DNA of 64,000 nt from Candidatus Doudnabacteria bacterium (GTDB taxonomy: Bacteria; Patescibacteriota; Doudnabacteria; UBA920): the NCBI GenBank assembly GCA_963837465.1, contig CAWINB010000001.1:139915-203914 (forward strand), written 5' to 3'. Each line of letters starts with the position of its first letter. Within the stretch, counting starts at the first letter, position 1. Shown one piece after another: positions 19,033-29,432 of this stretch. A program made the position numbers and the translations under genes. Below the pieces are notes generated by a model. That model made no database searches. It was not told where the DNA came from and worked only from the letters and a program-made list of their open reading frames with translations.

Positions 19033-19761
19033 TTATAATTTTAGCCCTTTTAAAGCAATACGGCGCGCCAATTCCCAGACTTTGTTATGGATTTCTTCGG
19101 GAGGCAATAGTTTGCCACTTTGCACGCATTCCACCAGTTTGGTATTGGGAAACAGTTTGGCGATTTCCAGGTAAATTTTTTCCGCGTTTTTTAAGTGGTC
19201 AATATCGGCTTCATGCAAATCTTTTTTTTTGTGGGCGGATTTTTCGTCCGCGTTTTCGCGCCGCTTATCCATCAGCTCCAGAGTTTTTTCCGCCGGGATG
19301 TGTAAAATAATATTCAGGTCCGGCTTTGGGATGCCAAAAATATCGTATTCCAGATTATTGAGCCACTTAAAGTATTTAAAGCGCTCAACGTCATCGGCGA
19401 TTTTACCGCCCTGGTGCCCGGCGTTGGCCGTAACATAGCGGTTTGAGATTACAATTTTTCCTTCCGTTAGCCACTGCCTTAATTTAAAAGAGGCGTCGAA
19501 CCTGTCTATGGCGTAAAAAATGGAAGCCGCCTGAGGATTTATCTGGCCGTACTTGCCGTCCAGATACTGCTCCACCATGCCCGCGGATTTTTGGCCGTAT
19601 TGAGGAAAATCCGTTTCCTCAACCTGGTAGCCGTTAAGCCGCATCTCGTCCACCAATAAAGCGGTCTGCGTGGCCTTACCGGTGCCATCGGTGCCGTCTA
19701 TAACAATAAACCGCCCGCGCTGGATTTGATTTTCCTTTTTGGTTTTGCCGAATTTTAACAT
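19033..19761 (-). CDS. tmk: thymidylate kinase
   Basis: FIVIDGTDGTGKATQ, NRY, PKPDL. Confidence 0.9.
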   Translation of the reverse strand: MLKFGKTKKENQIQRGRFIVIDGTDGTGKATQTALLVDEMRLNGYQVEETDFPQYGQKSAGMVEQYLDGKYGQINPQAASIFYAIDRFDASFKLRQWLTEGKIVISNRYVTANAGHQGGKIADDVERFKYFKWLNNLEYDIFGIPKPDLNIILHIPAEKTLELMDKRRENADEKSAHKKKDLHEADIDHLKNAEKIYLEIAKLFPNTKLVECVQSGKLLPPEEIHNKVWELARRIALKGLKL

Positions 19762-19765
19762 ACTG

Positions 19766-20317
19766 TTAACGAAGTTTTTTAATAATCTCTTCCGCTTTTT
19801 GGTACAGCTCCTCCAGGCTGCCGGAATTATCTATTCTAAAATCCGCCAAAGCGCCCTGGCCGGGAATTTCTTTTTCTATCCATTCCTGTTCCTGGAGTAA
19901 AAATTGCTCCAAACTTTCCGTCCCATCTTCTTTTTTTTCTTTGCGCCGCAAAAATCTTTGGTAGCGAAGCTCCGGCGGCGCGGTAATATAAATAATTTTT
20001 CCGCCCAGGCTTTTGGCGTCGGCAAACTGGTCGGGACGGCGCAAGCCGTTAATAACCACCATGGGAGCGCCGGATTCAAGCGCCCTTTTTTTAACCGCCT
20101 CTCCGATGATATGCTGCCCGAACACCATTTCCATTCCGCGGCCGGCGTCTATCTCGTCGCGCCTGGTAACCGGCAATCGCAAAACGCCCAACAGTTCGTC
20201 TAAAATCTTACTGGCGCGAATATGTTCGGCGCCGTAGCGGCTGACCAAATATTCCGCCACCGTATCTTTGCCCGCGAGTTTTTCTCCCAAAATGCCAATA
20301 ACCATTTGCGGCGTCAA
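19766..20317 (-). CDS. P-loop nucleotide kinase (dephospho-CoA kinase / dNMP kinase-like)
   Basis: GEKLAGKDT P-loop, NGLR, RYQR, ADFRIDNSG. Confidence 0.7.
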   Translation of the reverse strand: MTPQMVIGILGEKLAGKDTVAEYLVSRYGAEHIRASKILDELLGVLRLPVTRRDEIDAGRGMEMVFGQHIIGEAVKKRALESGAPMVVINGLRRPDQFADAKSLGGKIIYITAPPELRYQRFLRRKEKKEDGTESLEQFLLQEQEWIEKEIPGQGALADFRIDNSGSLEELYQKAEEIIKKLR

Positions 20318-20319
20318 AA

Positions 20320-20760
20320 TTAATTTTTATAACCCCCTGTTGACCCAATCCCGCCGCGGTCCACCGGCCGCAATTCCGAAACTTCTTCCCACTGTGCCTG
20401 CTCTACCGGCAAAAACAGCCCTTGCGCCAGGCGCTCCCCTTTTTTTACTTCCACTTCCTGCCTGCTGAAATTATGGACTATAATATGGATTTCGTCATTG
20501 GGGCCGGCGTAATCGGGGTCCACCACGCCAATGCCGTTGGCCATGTTCAGCCCTTTTTTAAAAGCCAGGCTGCTGCGGGCCGCTATAAGCAAAAAATGCC
20601 CCCTGGGCGCTTGTATAACCAATCCCGTGGGGACTTTTGCCACTTCTCCCGGCTGAATGACTACATCGCCGCTCGCGGCAATATCAAAGCCGGCGGATTC
20701 GGAGGTGTGATATTGGGGAAGCTGGATGTCAGGCGATTTTTTTTTAATAAGGACTATCAT
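20320..20760 (-). CDS. dut: dUTPase
   Basis: SAGFD, RSS, GVVDPDY, RLAQ, RGGIGSTG. Confidence 0.96.
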   Translation of the reverse strand: MIVLIKKKSPDIQLPQYHTSESAGFDIAASGDVVIQPGEVAKVPTGLVIQAPRGHFLLIAARSSLAFKKGLNMANGIGVVDPDYAGPNDEIHIIVHNFSRQEVEVKKGERLAQGLFLPVEQAQWEEVSELRPVDRGGIGSTGGYKN

Positions 20761-20776
20761 AGTGTTATCTCATGGC

Positions 20777-20888
20777 TTCCCATCCCGGAATTTTTCAGGG
20801 TTTTATCTGGAAAATATCCGGGATCCAGGTCGTCGCTTAGTTCTGAATCCCGGATATTTTTACAGCCCTAAAAATTCCGGGATGGGAA
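20777..20888. repeat. REP-like composite palindrome; partial second copy at 30735-30783
   Basis: TTCCCATCCCGGAATTTTT...AAAAATTCCGGGATGGGAA; the other copy reads GGATCCCGGATATTTTTCAGATAAAGCCCTGAAAAATTCCGGGATG. Confidence 0.75.
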
Positions 20889-20906
20889 CACAACGCTTTG
20901 GCTTAT

Positions 20907-21464
20907 TTAAAAATTGATCGATTTCATTACCTCATCTATCCCCCCAAACAACTCCTCCAAACTTCCCTCATTGACAATCGTCCAGTCCGCGCGGGCGATT
21001 GGTCCCGCCTGGCGCAGATTTTCTATCTGGGAATAATCCCGCGATATTAATTGTTCGGAAGTCAGCGGGCGGAAAGGCCTTTTTTCCATGCGCGCGATCC
21101 GGGTTTTGGGGCTGGAATATATTGCCAGAACCTTAAAAGCATCGCCGAATTGTTTTTTTACCTCCAGATATTCCTCCCATGAGTACAGGCTTTCCAGGAT
21201 TACCGGCGATTTTTCAAACGCCGCTTTTATTTTCGGCATATTGGCGATTGCCATGGCCGCCAAACCATTTTTATCCCGGTACTCTTCGCGCACAGTTCTT
21301 TCGTTGGCCTCGTTCAGCGGCAGGTTTCTGTTCGCGACCTCGTCTATTATTGCCTGCCCGAAATAAATTTTGGGCCACATCACTTTTTTGATTAAATATT
21401 CCGTGGCTTCAGTCTTGCCAGCTCCGGGCAATCCGACAATGGCGAGAACTATTTTATCACTCAT
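20907..21464 (-). CDS. P-loop nucleotide kinase (second paralogue, UPF0200/CoaE-like)
   Basis: GLPGAGKT, RDYSQIE, IARADWTIVNEG. Confidence 0.7.
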   Translation of the reverse strand: MSDKIVLAIVGLPGAGKTEATEYLIKKVMWPKIYFGQAIIDEVANRNLPLNEANERTVREEYRDKNGLAAMAIANMPKIKAAFEKSPVILESLYSWEEYLEVKKQFGDAFKVLAIYSSPKTRIARMEKRPFRPLTSEQLISRDYSQIENLRQAGPIARADWTIVNEGSLEELFGGIDEVMKSINF

Positions 21465-21505
21465 AAGTTTAAATTTAAAATGGATATTGAACCGGCTTCG
21501 TTGCT

Positions 21506-22048
21506 TTACGATTCACTCATTTTAACCTGCCCTTCATTTTCCCTTACGGGAATTTCTTCGCTAAAAATTTGGCCCAATTCGTCACGCCACCTGGAATTTT
21601 CGCCGTAAACTTCCACGCTGACTCCGGCCTCTTTAAGCATATCCAGGGCCTGGGGATTGCGGTAAACTTTGCCAATAACAACCCTTTTAACGCCGCAGGC
21701 GATAATGTATTTGGAGCAGTGGATGCAAGGGCTGTATTTGGTGTACATAGTTGACCCCTGGGTTGATGTGCCGCCCTGCCTCGCCGCCTGCAGAAGGGAA
21801 TTATGCTCGCCGTGAATGGTGCGCACGCAGTGGCCTTCTTCCAAAAGATGCCCCGCGTCGTCGCAGTGCGGCAGCCCGGCCGGAGAACCGTTATAACCGG
21901 TGGCGATTATCCGGTTATCCTTAACCAAAACCGATCCGGCGTACAGGCGGTCGCAGGTGCCGCGGGCGGCGATAATTTTGGCAATAGCCATAAAATAATC
22001 GTCCCAGGAAGGGCGGTAATGCTTTCTTTCTTCGGACATAAAGGACAT
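21506..22048 (-). CDS. dCMP deaminase (ComEB family); start moved to MSFMSE
   Basis: RPSWDDYFM, TGYNG, HGEHN, PC..C zinc motif. Confidence 0.9.
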   Translation of the reverse strand: MSFMSEERKHYRPSWDDYFMAIAKIIAARGTCDRLYAGSVLVKDNRIIATGYNGSPAGLPHCDDAGHLLEEGHCVRTIHGEHNSLLQAARQGGTSTQGSTMYTKYSPCIHCSKYIIACGVKRVVIGKVYRNPQALDMLKEAGVSVEVYGENSRWRDELGQIFSEEIPVRENEGQVKMSES

Positions 22049-22057
22049 AGTTAAAAG

Positions 22058-22091
22058 TTTCCGCTCAAGGCGGATCCGCCTTGGGCGGAAA
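22058..22091. repeat. GGCGGATCCGCC-centred 34-bp palindrome (second copy at 31532-31565)
   Basis: TTTCCGCTCAAGGCGGATCCGCCTTGGGCGGAAA. Confidence 0.8.
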
Positions 22092-22234
22092 AAGTAGAAA
22101 GTGAAAAGTGCCTTGATTGCCAAGTTAATCTATTTTACACCAATTTTACCGTGTTGACAAAAAGCCAAAGCAAAATCTATTACAACATACTTCTGCCAAA
22201 AACAAGGGGAATCCTTTTTTATATGTAGGCCAGA

Positions 22235-23987
22235 TTACGCAAACCCTCCCGCCTGTATCTGCCACAGTTTTTGGTAAGTCCCCTGCTCAACTTTCAGCAG
22301 TTCTTCGTGCCGGCCCTGCTCCGAAATTCTCCCGTTCTCCAACACCACAATCCTGTCCATTTGCATTATCGTAGATAGCCGGTGGGCGATGACCGCGACG
22401 GTTTTGCCGCTCATTAAATTTTTTAAAGCCTCCTGAATATACTGTTCGCTTTCGCTGTCCAAAGATGATGTGGCCTCGTCCAAAACCAAAATCGGGGCGT
22501 TTTTGAGTATTGCCCGGGCAATGGCCACGCGCTGGCGCTCGCCGCCGGAAAGTTTTACTCCCCGCTCCCCGACAAAAGTTTGGTAGTTTTGGGGAAATTT
22601 GGAAATAAATTCGTGGGCGCAGCGCCAGCCTGGCCGCCTGCAGAACCTCGTCGTCCGTGGCCGTCGGTTTGCCGTAACGGATATTTTCCATTAAGGAACG
22701 GTGGAATAAAATCGCCTCCTGCGGCACTAAGGCAATATTGGCGCGCAGGCTTTCCTGCGTGGCTTTGGCAATGTTTTGCCCGTCGATTAAAATTTCGCCG
22801 CCGTTAATGTCCACAAAACGCAAAAGCAATTTTACAATGGTGGATTTGCCGCCGCCGGAGGGGCCGATTAAAGCCACGCGTTCGCCCGGGTTTATTTTGA
22901 TGTTAAAATTTTCCAAAACCGGCGAATTATTTTCATAAGAAAAGCTGACATTTTTAAATTCCACCAGGCCTTTGGCCACTTTTAGTTCAAAGGCCTTGGG
23001 AGCGTCGGCGACTTCGTGCGGGGTTCGCAAAATCTCCGTCATCTCGTTGGCATCGGCCACGCTCTCATAAACGCGCCGCACAAAACGTCCAAAATTCCAG
23101 AGCTGGCTGAAAATCTGGATTAAGTAAGCTTGCAGCAAAGCAAAATCGCCAACAGTTAACTGGCCTTTTTTCCACAAAAGCACGGCGCCGTACATTACGC
23201 CGAATTCCAAAATTACCACCAAAAACCCCTGCACCGTTTCCGAAAGCGTGCCCAAATTCCAGCCCAGCCGCCTTAGCCGGAACAGCTCGTTGGTCTGGTC
23301 CTTAAAATCCCGCAGCTCTTTGCTAAAGCCGTTAAACAGTTTCAGGTTGATGTTGTTGCTCACGGTATCCGCCAGCTGTCCGCTGACTTTGGTATCCTGG
23401 GCGGCCCGCGCCACATCATATTTTATTTTCCAGATGGTAAAGCGGTAATTAAAATAAACGTAAATAGCCGACCAGATTAAAATTATCCAGGCCAAAGGCG
23501 GAAAATAAAAAAACAGCACGATGATTATGATGCCGATTTGCAGAGTGACCTGGCAGAGGTTTTGGAATAAAATATCGGCCAAATCCTCAAAGGTCCGGCT
23601 GTAGCGGTTGATTTTGCGCACCAGGCTGCCGGCAAAATTGTTGGAGAAAAAAGTATAGGAATGCTTTTGCATGTAGGCAAAGCAGGTGTTTAAAAGATCC
23701 GACATTACGCGGGCTTCGTACAAAGACAAAGCAAACCCCGAAAGCCTCCAGGCCGCCCAGGAGCCCAATCCCACCCAAAAAATCCACCAAACTATGCCAA
23801 GCATTTGCGGAACGGCAGATATATGGTTCGCTGCCAGCAAATTAAACAAATCCTTAAACAAAAACGGCTGATAAGTATCAAACCCCACCCCCACAGCCAA
23901 ACTCAAAAGCACCAAAGCCACAGTTTTGGCGTAAGGTTTAGAGTGTTCTTTGAATATGTTAAATGTCTGGCGGGTTAGGGACTGCAT
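22235..23987 (-). pseudogene. ABC exporter (fused TMD-NBD) with a single frameshift near 22620, real or sequencing error
   Basis: TMD and GPSGGGKST in one frame; LSGGERQR and LDEATSSLD in another. Confidence 0.85.
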
Positions 23988-24049
23988 AAATAATCGGTGT
24001 TTAAAATATAGTTGATGACTAAAAAATTACAGTCATATAAAATTTCTTC

Positions 24050-24193
24050 ATGTATCAAAATCTTAATGAGGATTCGGTGGTCGAAGAGGCCGCTGAAGAA
24101 TTTGAGAAAGAAGAAAAATCCGCTACCCGCCAACCCACCCTCATAGAACAATTTGTTAGTGGAGAACTAGGCGGGTCCTGTTACTCCGAGTAA
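24050..24193 (+). CDS. putative 47-aa acidic small protein (not in ORF track)
   Basis: MYQNLNEDSVVEEAAEEFEKEEKSATRQPTLIEQFVSGELGGSCYSE*. Confidence 0.35.
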   Translation: MYQNLNEDSVVEEAAEEFEKEEKSATRQPTLIEQFVSGELGGSCYSE

Positions 24194-24405
24194 CATCCGG
24201 CGCAACACCTGCTCCATCATCTGCAATCATAATCATCTGCCGCTTTAACTTGATTAAGGCCCGCATATGAACATGAAGATGCTGGAGCAGGCATCACTTT
24301 ATTTACTATATATTGTAAAGGTTTTAACCATAAAATAAAAGCTCTAATTGACAGCCAATAAAAAAAGTTTATAATAAATATATAATTATTATTCAGCAAA
24401 TAAGT

Positions 24406-24624
24406 ATGCCTATATTAACAAAAGAATTTTTTGATGAACTGGAAGATGGACAAAAATTTAGTTACGGAAGCTCCCAATATATCAAAGGGGGGGGAGTTGT
24501 GAAAATGTTGGGTAAGTACCGGGCTGGAGCCGAAGGACCTTTTTCCGAATTACGCATAGAACAGCCCATGAGCCAATTACTGGGAAGGAATGTGGAGATC
24601 TTAACGGAATCTAAAAAAGATTAG
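24406..24624 (+). CDS. small hypothetical protein
   Basis: ATG ORF after an AT-rich promoter region; protein-like composition. Confidence 0.5.
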   Translation: MPILTKEFFDELEDGQKFSYGSSQYIKGGGVVKMLGKYRAGAEGPFSELRIEQPMSQLLGRNVEILTESKKD

Positions 24625-24691
24625 TTTGGCGTTAGAATTGTTGCTAATTACTGGCTCGCTCCCACTTTTATTTAGACCCTATATTAAGGCA

Positions 24692-25495
24692 TCAATTAAA
24701 CTTGAATCCACTTCTTAAAGTTTCATCAACCAACTCCCCTCTCAAATAATATATCCGGTTATTGTAAACGGCGGCGATGCCGTTGTTTTGTTGGGTGGTG
24801 GCGGAGAATTGGAGGGCCGGTTGGTTATTTAAAAATGTGTTGGAGATGCCGGTTACGTCGGGGCTGTTTTTTAGTTCGGCATAGATGTCAGTTAGAGTTT
24901 GGTTGGAAGTGTTGTTGTAAACTTCTATGTAGCCCACTTCCTGGCCGGTGGAGATGTCAAAAAAGTTAACCAGGTTGGGGCCGGAAGTTTGGGCTTGCCA
25001 GTCGGCAGGCAGAGTTATTTGGAAACCTAAAAGTGAATTTTGGTAAAGCGTTTGGCTGGGCTGCGATGGCGGCAAAACATAAGCCGGGGGTTTTTGCGGT
25101 AACGGAGAATTTGGGGTCAGGGGGCCGCGCGGCATTATGTAAGTATTGCCCGGCAAAGTTGCCGGAATGTAGGCCGGGGAAGACGTGGAAATCCCCTCCA
25201 CGGAACCGGTGGTGGATGTGCCGACCTGTAAAAAAATCTGGCGGATTTGGTTAATGCTCGGCAAGTTAACCGCTGAAGAAGATGAAGGTTGGGGTAAGGT
25301 AATTTTTCCGCCGCTTGTTACCCACGCGACCCCAAAAACCAAAACCAGCACAACCAAAGCGCCTGTGCCAAAAAGCAGCGCCTTGGATTTTTCGCTGGAC
25401 TTTGTAACCGTAACGACAGCCGGGTCCGAAGCGGGCCCGTCTGTTGTCTGCGCCTGGTCATCAATATTAGTTGGCGGAAGCGGGTGATCGGACAT
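24692..25495 (-). CDS. membrane-anchored Pro/Ser-rich protein with PsbP-like C-terminal domain
   Basis: single TM, YQNSLLGFQITLPADW motif. Confidence 0.6.
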   Translation of the reverse strand: MSDHPLPPTNIDDQAQTTDGPASDPAVVTVTKSSEKSKALLFGTGALVVLVLVFGVAWVTSGGKITLPQPSSSSAVNLPSINQIRQIFLQVGTSTTGSVEGISTSSPAYIPATLPGNTYIMPRGPLTPNSPLPQKPPAYVLPPSQPSQTLYQNSLLGFQITLPADWQAQTSGPNLVNFFDISTGQEVGYIEVYNNTSNQTLTDIYAELKNSPDVTGISNTFLNNQPALQFSATTQQNNGIAAVYNNRIYYLRGELVDETLRSGFKFN

Positions 25496-25499
25496 AGTT

Positions 25500-27029
25500 T
25501 TATAATGCTATCAAACTCTCCCCTGTCATTGTTTCCGGTTTGGGGAGGTTAAGAAGTCGCAAAATTGTCGGAGCGATATCGGCCAGGGAACCTTTGGATT
25601 TAAGCGGGATTTTTTGCCCGGGTGCGTGGCCGGCTAAAATAAACGGCACTAAATTTAAAGTATGCGCCGTGTGCCTTTCGCCGGTTTCCGGATGCACATT
25701 GACCTCGGCGTTACCGTGATCAGCCGTAATTATAGCTGACCCGCCCAACGCCAGAACTTTTTCCGCCACCCTTTTAAGCTCCCTGTCCACGGTTTCCACG
25801 GCTTGGATGATTGCGGGTTTGTTGGCGCTGTGGCCGACCATATCGGCGTTGGCAAAATTAATCAAAATAAAATCATCGCCGTCATCCAGTCGTTTTAGGG
25901 CAGCATCCGCGATTTCCCGCGCGCGCATTTCCGGCGCCTGGTCGTGGGTTTTAATGTCCCTGCGGCTGTCGATTAAAATCTGTTCCTCGTTTTGGCAAGG
26001 CTCCCGGCGACCGCCGTTAAAAAAATAGGTTACGTGAGCGTATTTTTCCGTTTCGGCGATACGCGACTGTTTTAATCCGGCGGCTGAAATTTCCGCGGCC
26101 AGAGTGGTTTGGGGCAGGGCTTTGGGAAAAGCCACGCTGCTTTCTATGGCAGGGTCATATTCGGTCATGGTCACAAAATACAAATTTTGCTTTTTGGCCC
26201 GTTCGGCGATTTTTCGCGCAAGCTGGCGCGGTCGGTCGGTCCGGAAATTAAAAAAGAAGATGCCGTCATTGTCTTTTACAAAATCAGGCCGGCCGCCAGG
26301 ATCCAAAAAAATCGTCGGTTCCAGCAGTTCATCCACAACGCCCTGTTTATAAAATTCGGCCATGGCTTCCGAGGGATTTTTTTCCGAGACCTGTCCTTTT
26401 CCCGTAAAAACCGCGTCCTCGGCTTTTTGGGTACGGTCCCAGTTTTTGTCGCGGTCCATGGCAAAGTAACGTCCTGTTGCCGAGGCGATAAAGCCCACGC
26501 CAAGATCCCCAATTATTTTTTCAAGCTCCCGCAAATACTCCGCCGCCTTTTGCGGAGCCACGTCCCGGCCGTCGGTAAAAACATGGATGGTAATTTTTTT
26601 CAGGCCGGCTCGTTTGGCCGCGCGCAAAAACCCGTAAAGATGTTCGCTGTGGCTGTGCACGCCGCCGTCGCTTAATAATCCCGCAATATGCAAAACGGAA
26701 TCATATTTTTTTACATGCTCAAATAAAGCCGTAAAAGCCGGATTCGCGTCAAAGCCTCCATTGAGCATATTTTTGGTAATGCGGACCAAATCGGTGTCTA
26801 TTACTCTGCCGGAACCCATGGTCATATGGCCGATTTCGCTGTTGCCAATCACGCCTTCCGGCAAGCCCACAAACTCCTCGCTGGCGTTTAATAAAGTATG
26901 GGGGTAATTTTGCCAGAGCCGGTCAAAAAACGGCGTGCGCGCCTCAAAAATAGCATTATGTTCGTGCTCCGGCCTGTATCCCCAGCCGTCTAAAACTATC
27001 AAGCAAATTGGATGTTTTATTGGTTGCAT
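25500..27029 (-). CDS. gpmI: 2,3-bisphosphoglycerate-independent phosphoglycerate mutase
   Basis: LDGWG, GNSEIGH, DGGVHSH, AETEKYAHVT, TADHGNAE. Confidence 0.96.
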   Translation of the reverse strand: MQPIKHPICLIVLDGWGYRPEHEHNAIFEARTPFFDRLWQNYPHTLLNASEEFVGLPEGVIGNSEIGHMTMGSGRVIDTDLVRITKNMLNGGFDANPAFTALFEHVKKYDSVLHIAGLLSDGGVHSHSEHLYGFLRAAKRAGLKKITIHVFTDGRDVAPQKAAEYLRELEKIIGDLGVGFIASATGRYFAMDRDKNWDRTQKAEDAVFTGKGQVSEKNPSEAMAEFYKQGVVDELLEPTIFLDPGGRPDFVKDNDGIFFFNFRTDRPRQLARKIAERAKKQNLYFVTMTEYDPAIESSVAFPKALPQTTLAAEISAAGLKQSRIAETEKYAHVTYFFNGGRREPCQNEEQILIDSRRDIKTHDQAPEMRAREIADAALKRLDDGDDFILINFANADMVGHSANKPAIIQAVETVDRELKRVAEKVLALGGSAIITADHGNAEVNVHPETGERHTAHTLNLVPFILAGHAPGQKIPLKSKGSLADIAPTILRLLNLPKPETMTGESLIAL

Positions 27030-27244
27030 TTTTATGATTATAGCAGGAATACAAAATCCTATAAACAACAAGTTATCGCGAAAATTAATTTAAAATTAAG
27101 CTTAATGCGCTATGGTTTTTATGGGCAATTCGGAGGAGTTGGAGGGATTGCCCTTACTATACTATCATTATTATTTAGGTTTTACGGATAGTTATTTATT
27201 TTTGTTTTGACTCATCCTAAAATCCTAAAGAAAGGAAAAATTAT

Positions 27245-27433
27245 ATGTGGCAACAATGGATAAACGGCATTTTAGGTTTGTGGGTACTTATTGCCTCCTA
27301 TTTGTATGTACCGTCCGGAGGCGACCGTGTGGCAATGCTGATTACAGGCATTGTAGTGGCCCTATTGGGCTTTTGGGGAGCGGCGAGCTCGAACGAATCC
27401 CAAAGCTCCAGCCGAAACCAAATGCAGCATTAA
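27245..27433 (+). CDS. SPW-repeat-like small membrane protein
   Basis: WQQWINGILGLWVLIASY; two TM helices; AAGGA RBS. Confidence 0.65.
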   Translation: MWQQWINGILGLWVLIASYLYVPSGGDRVAMLITGIVVALLGFWGAASSNESQSSSRNQMQH

Positions 27434-27505
27434 TTTACAGCCACATGAGCCCGCGTTACGCGAAAATCGTGCCCATCGGCACGATTTTCGCTATGCTGTT
27501 AGAAT

Positions 27506-27964
27506 CTATTTTCCATCCGGTGTTTTGTTTTCCGGTTCTTCCGCCAGCCGTTTAATGCCTTCCATCTGCTTTTTGATTAACCGGTTATACAGGGGCGACA
27601 GCGCGCGGACCAGCATTTTGCTTCCGGGGCCGCCGTCAACAACTTCCAAGTTCAGCACGAGTTTGGTCGTGTTCTCGTCGACTTCGGTAAAGTGGTAAAA
27701 AACAGTGTTTTTCAGCTTGCCATGCCTTTGGCCTACGCCGAGTAATTCCGGTTTTTTATAGGCGATAACCTCGCCCTCAACTTCAATAACGCCGTTAATT
27801 TTTTGGCGGTATCTTGTTCCCACGGGGTTTTCGGGGTCCTTGAGGTTTTCATAAACCGTGTGCAGGTCCCCGCCCATCCAGCGCCTGATTTTATCGTCGT
27901 CATCCACACAGGCAAACGCCTTTCCTATGGGCGCGTTTATGATAATACTGTATTTTTTTTCCAT
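27506..27964 (-). CDS. SRPBCC-family protein
   Basis: SIIINAP...F....D.....W N-terminal pattern. Confidence 0.7.
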   Translation of the reverse strand: MEKKYSIIINAPIGKAFACVDDDDKIRRWMGGDLHTVYENLKDPENPVGTRYRQKINGVIEVEGEVIAYKKPELLGVGQRHGKLKNTVFYHFTEVDENTTKLVLNLEVVDGGPGSKMLVRALSPLYNRLIKKQMEGIKRLAEEPENKTPDGK

Positions 27965-28105
27965 AAAATAAGCGTAATAAGTAATGACTTTATCCCCCAC
28001 TCTGGCTACAGTATACCAAAAAAATTCCCAAATAGAAAAATAAAGCCTTGGCAGCAGGCGGAGCCGCGGCCTTTCCCGGTTTATGGCTTATGTTTGCGGT
28101 TAGCT

Positions 28106-28495
28106 CTACTTTATTAAGCTATAAGGCCAAGGTACGGATAGCATGTACATCATAAGAACGGCTCCCAGCAGAGCCAGGTTTTTGTAGAAATTCACCCGGT
28201 TGCCCATTTTCATGTTTGGGTCGGTATCATTCCAATAAGCGTGCATCATAAAAGTTACGGGCAGCAGGAAAATTACCAACAGGGCCAGAGCGAAGCGCGC
28301 GTAAGCGCCGAGTAAAACTCCCAACCCTCCAAGGAGCAGCAACAAGCCGGTAAATCCTATGGCCAGCTTGGGCATTGGCACTTTTTTTGAAGCGGCGTAG
28401 CCGCTCATGCTGTTCAAGTTCTTAAAATGACCATAGCCGCTCATTATGAAAAAGCCGCCGAACAGCGCTCTTCCCAGGAGAAAAATGTATTCCAT
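28106..28495 (-). CDS. DoxX-family membrane protein
   Basis: LLGR..F...F..SG..H, FYKNLALLG. Confidence 0.85.
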   Translation of the reverse strand: MEYIFLLGRALFGGFFIMSGYGHFKNLNSMSGYAASKKVPMPKLAIGFTGLLLLLGGLGVLLGAYARFALALLVIFLLPVTFMMHAYWNDTDPNMKMGNRVNFYKNLALLGAVLMMYMLSVPWPYSLIK

Positions 28496-28536
28496 AAATT
28501 TATTTTATTTGCTAATGGATTAATACGTACATTACG

Positions 28537-28598
28537 GTGGTTGCGAAACTATAGTTTGACCCGATAAAATCGGCCGCTTAATGAGTTTTGCAACCATC
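28537..28598. repeat. small inverted repeat (MITE remnant or hairpin)
   Basis: GGTGGTTGCGAAACT ... AGTTTTGCAACCATC. Confidence 0.5.
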
Positions 28599-28622
28599 TA
28601 ATATTGCGGAGATTCAATTATT

Positions 28623-29099
28623 CTAGCTCCGCTCGTCGGCGGAGGGGCCGTAAATAGAGGGTACTTTGGCTCCCATGGCCCGAAGGTAAGTTGTCAGCTG
28701 GCCGCGGTGGTGGATGGCGTCAAACAAAAAACCCCAGGCCATATCATACTTTTTTGTTTTCCATATTTCCCCCATATTGGCTTCGCCGTTCTCCCAGTCG
28801 CTTTCGGAAATGGCCGCAACGTCGTTCTGCAATTGATTTATTCCTTGGTCAAACTTGGCCAGCATATCAGCTTTACTTTGAGAACCCATTTCATGCGGAT
28901 TGAAGTCCGGGGCTCCTTTGGTTAAAATACCGGAAACAGCTTTCCATTGCGCGGCAATTTGCGCGGCAATATTTCCCGCTTCGCGGGATTTTTCATGGAC
29001 CTTATGGGTATGCTTGTCTTCCGGCAAAGCCTCTATGGCTTTTCTGAACCTTGGCGCTTCGTCTTTTAGCACCTTGGCAAAAAAATCTTTTGTCGTCAT
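28623..29099 (-). CDS. DinB-family protein
   Basis: IHHRGQLTTYLRAMGAKVPSIYGPSAD. Confidence 0.85.
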   Translation of the reverse strand: MTTKDFFAKVLKDEAPRFRKAIEALPEDKHTHKVHEKSREAGNIAAQIAAQWKAVSGILTKGAPDFNPHEMGSQSKADMLAKFDQGINQLQNDVAAISESDWENGEANMGEIWKTKKYDMAWGFLFDAIHHRGQLTTYLRAMGAKVPSIYGPSADERS

Positions 29100-29432
29100 A
29101 TATTGTTGCTTTCTCGATTAATTTTTAGACTACCTTCATCCTAACAAATCCGGCCTCTCCTGCCAAGAAAACAAACTAAAACCTTACCAGCCAGAACTGC
29201 CTCCGGAGCAGTTAACACTTTTCCCAAAAAAAGATAATAAGGTACAATTTAAAAACTTCAAAAAATAAAGCTGTGTCCGTCCTTGCTCAAAGGCTTGGAG
29301 CGGAACACGGCATGGCATACGGTTGCATTTTACTTGAGTCTTCGAAAGACCCAAATCATGAGCAATCCGCCAGCGGCATCAACAATAAGGTTAGACTCTG
29401 CTATTGACTTTCGCCAATTAGATTGAATAGTC

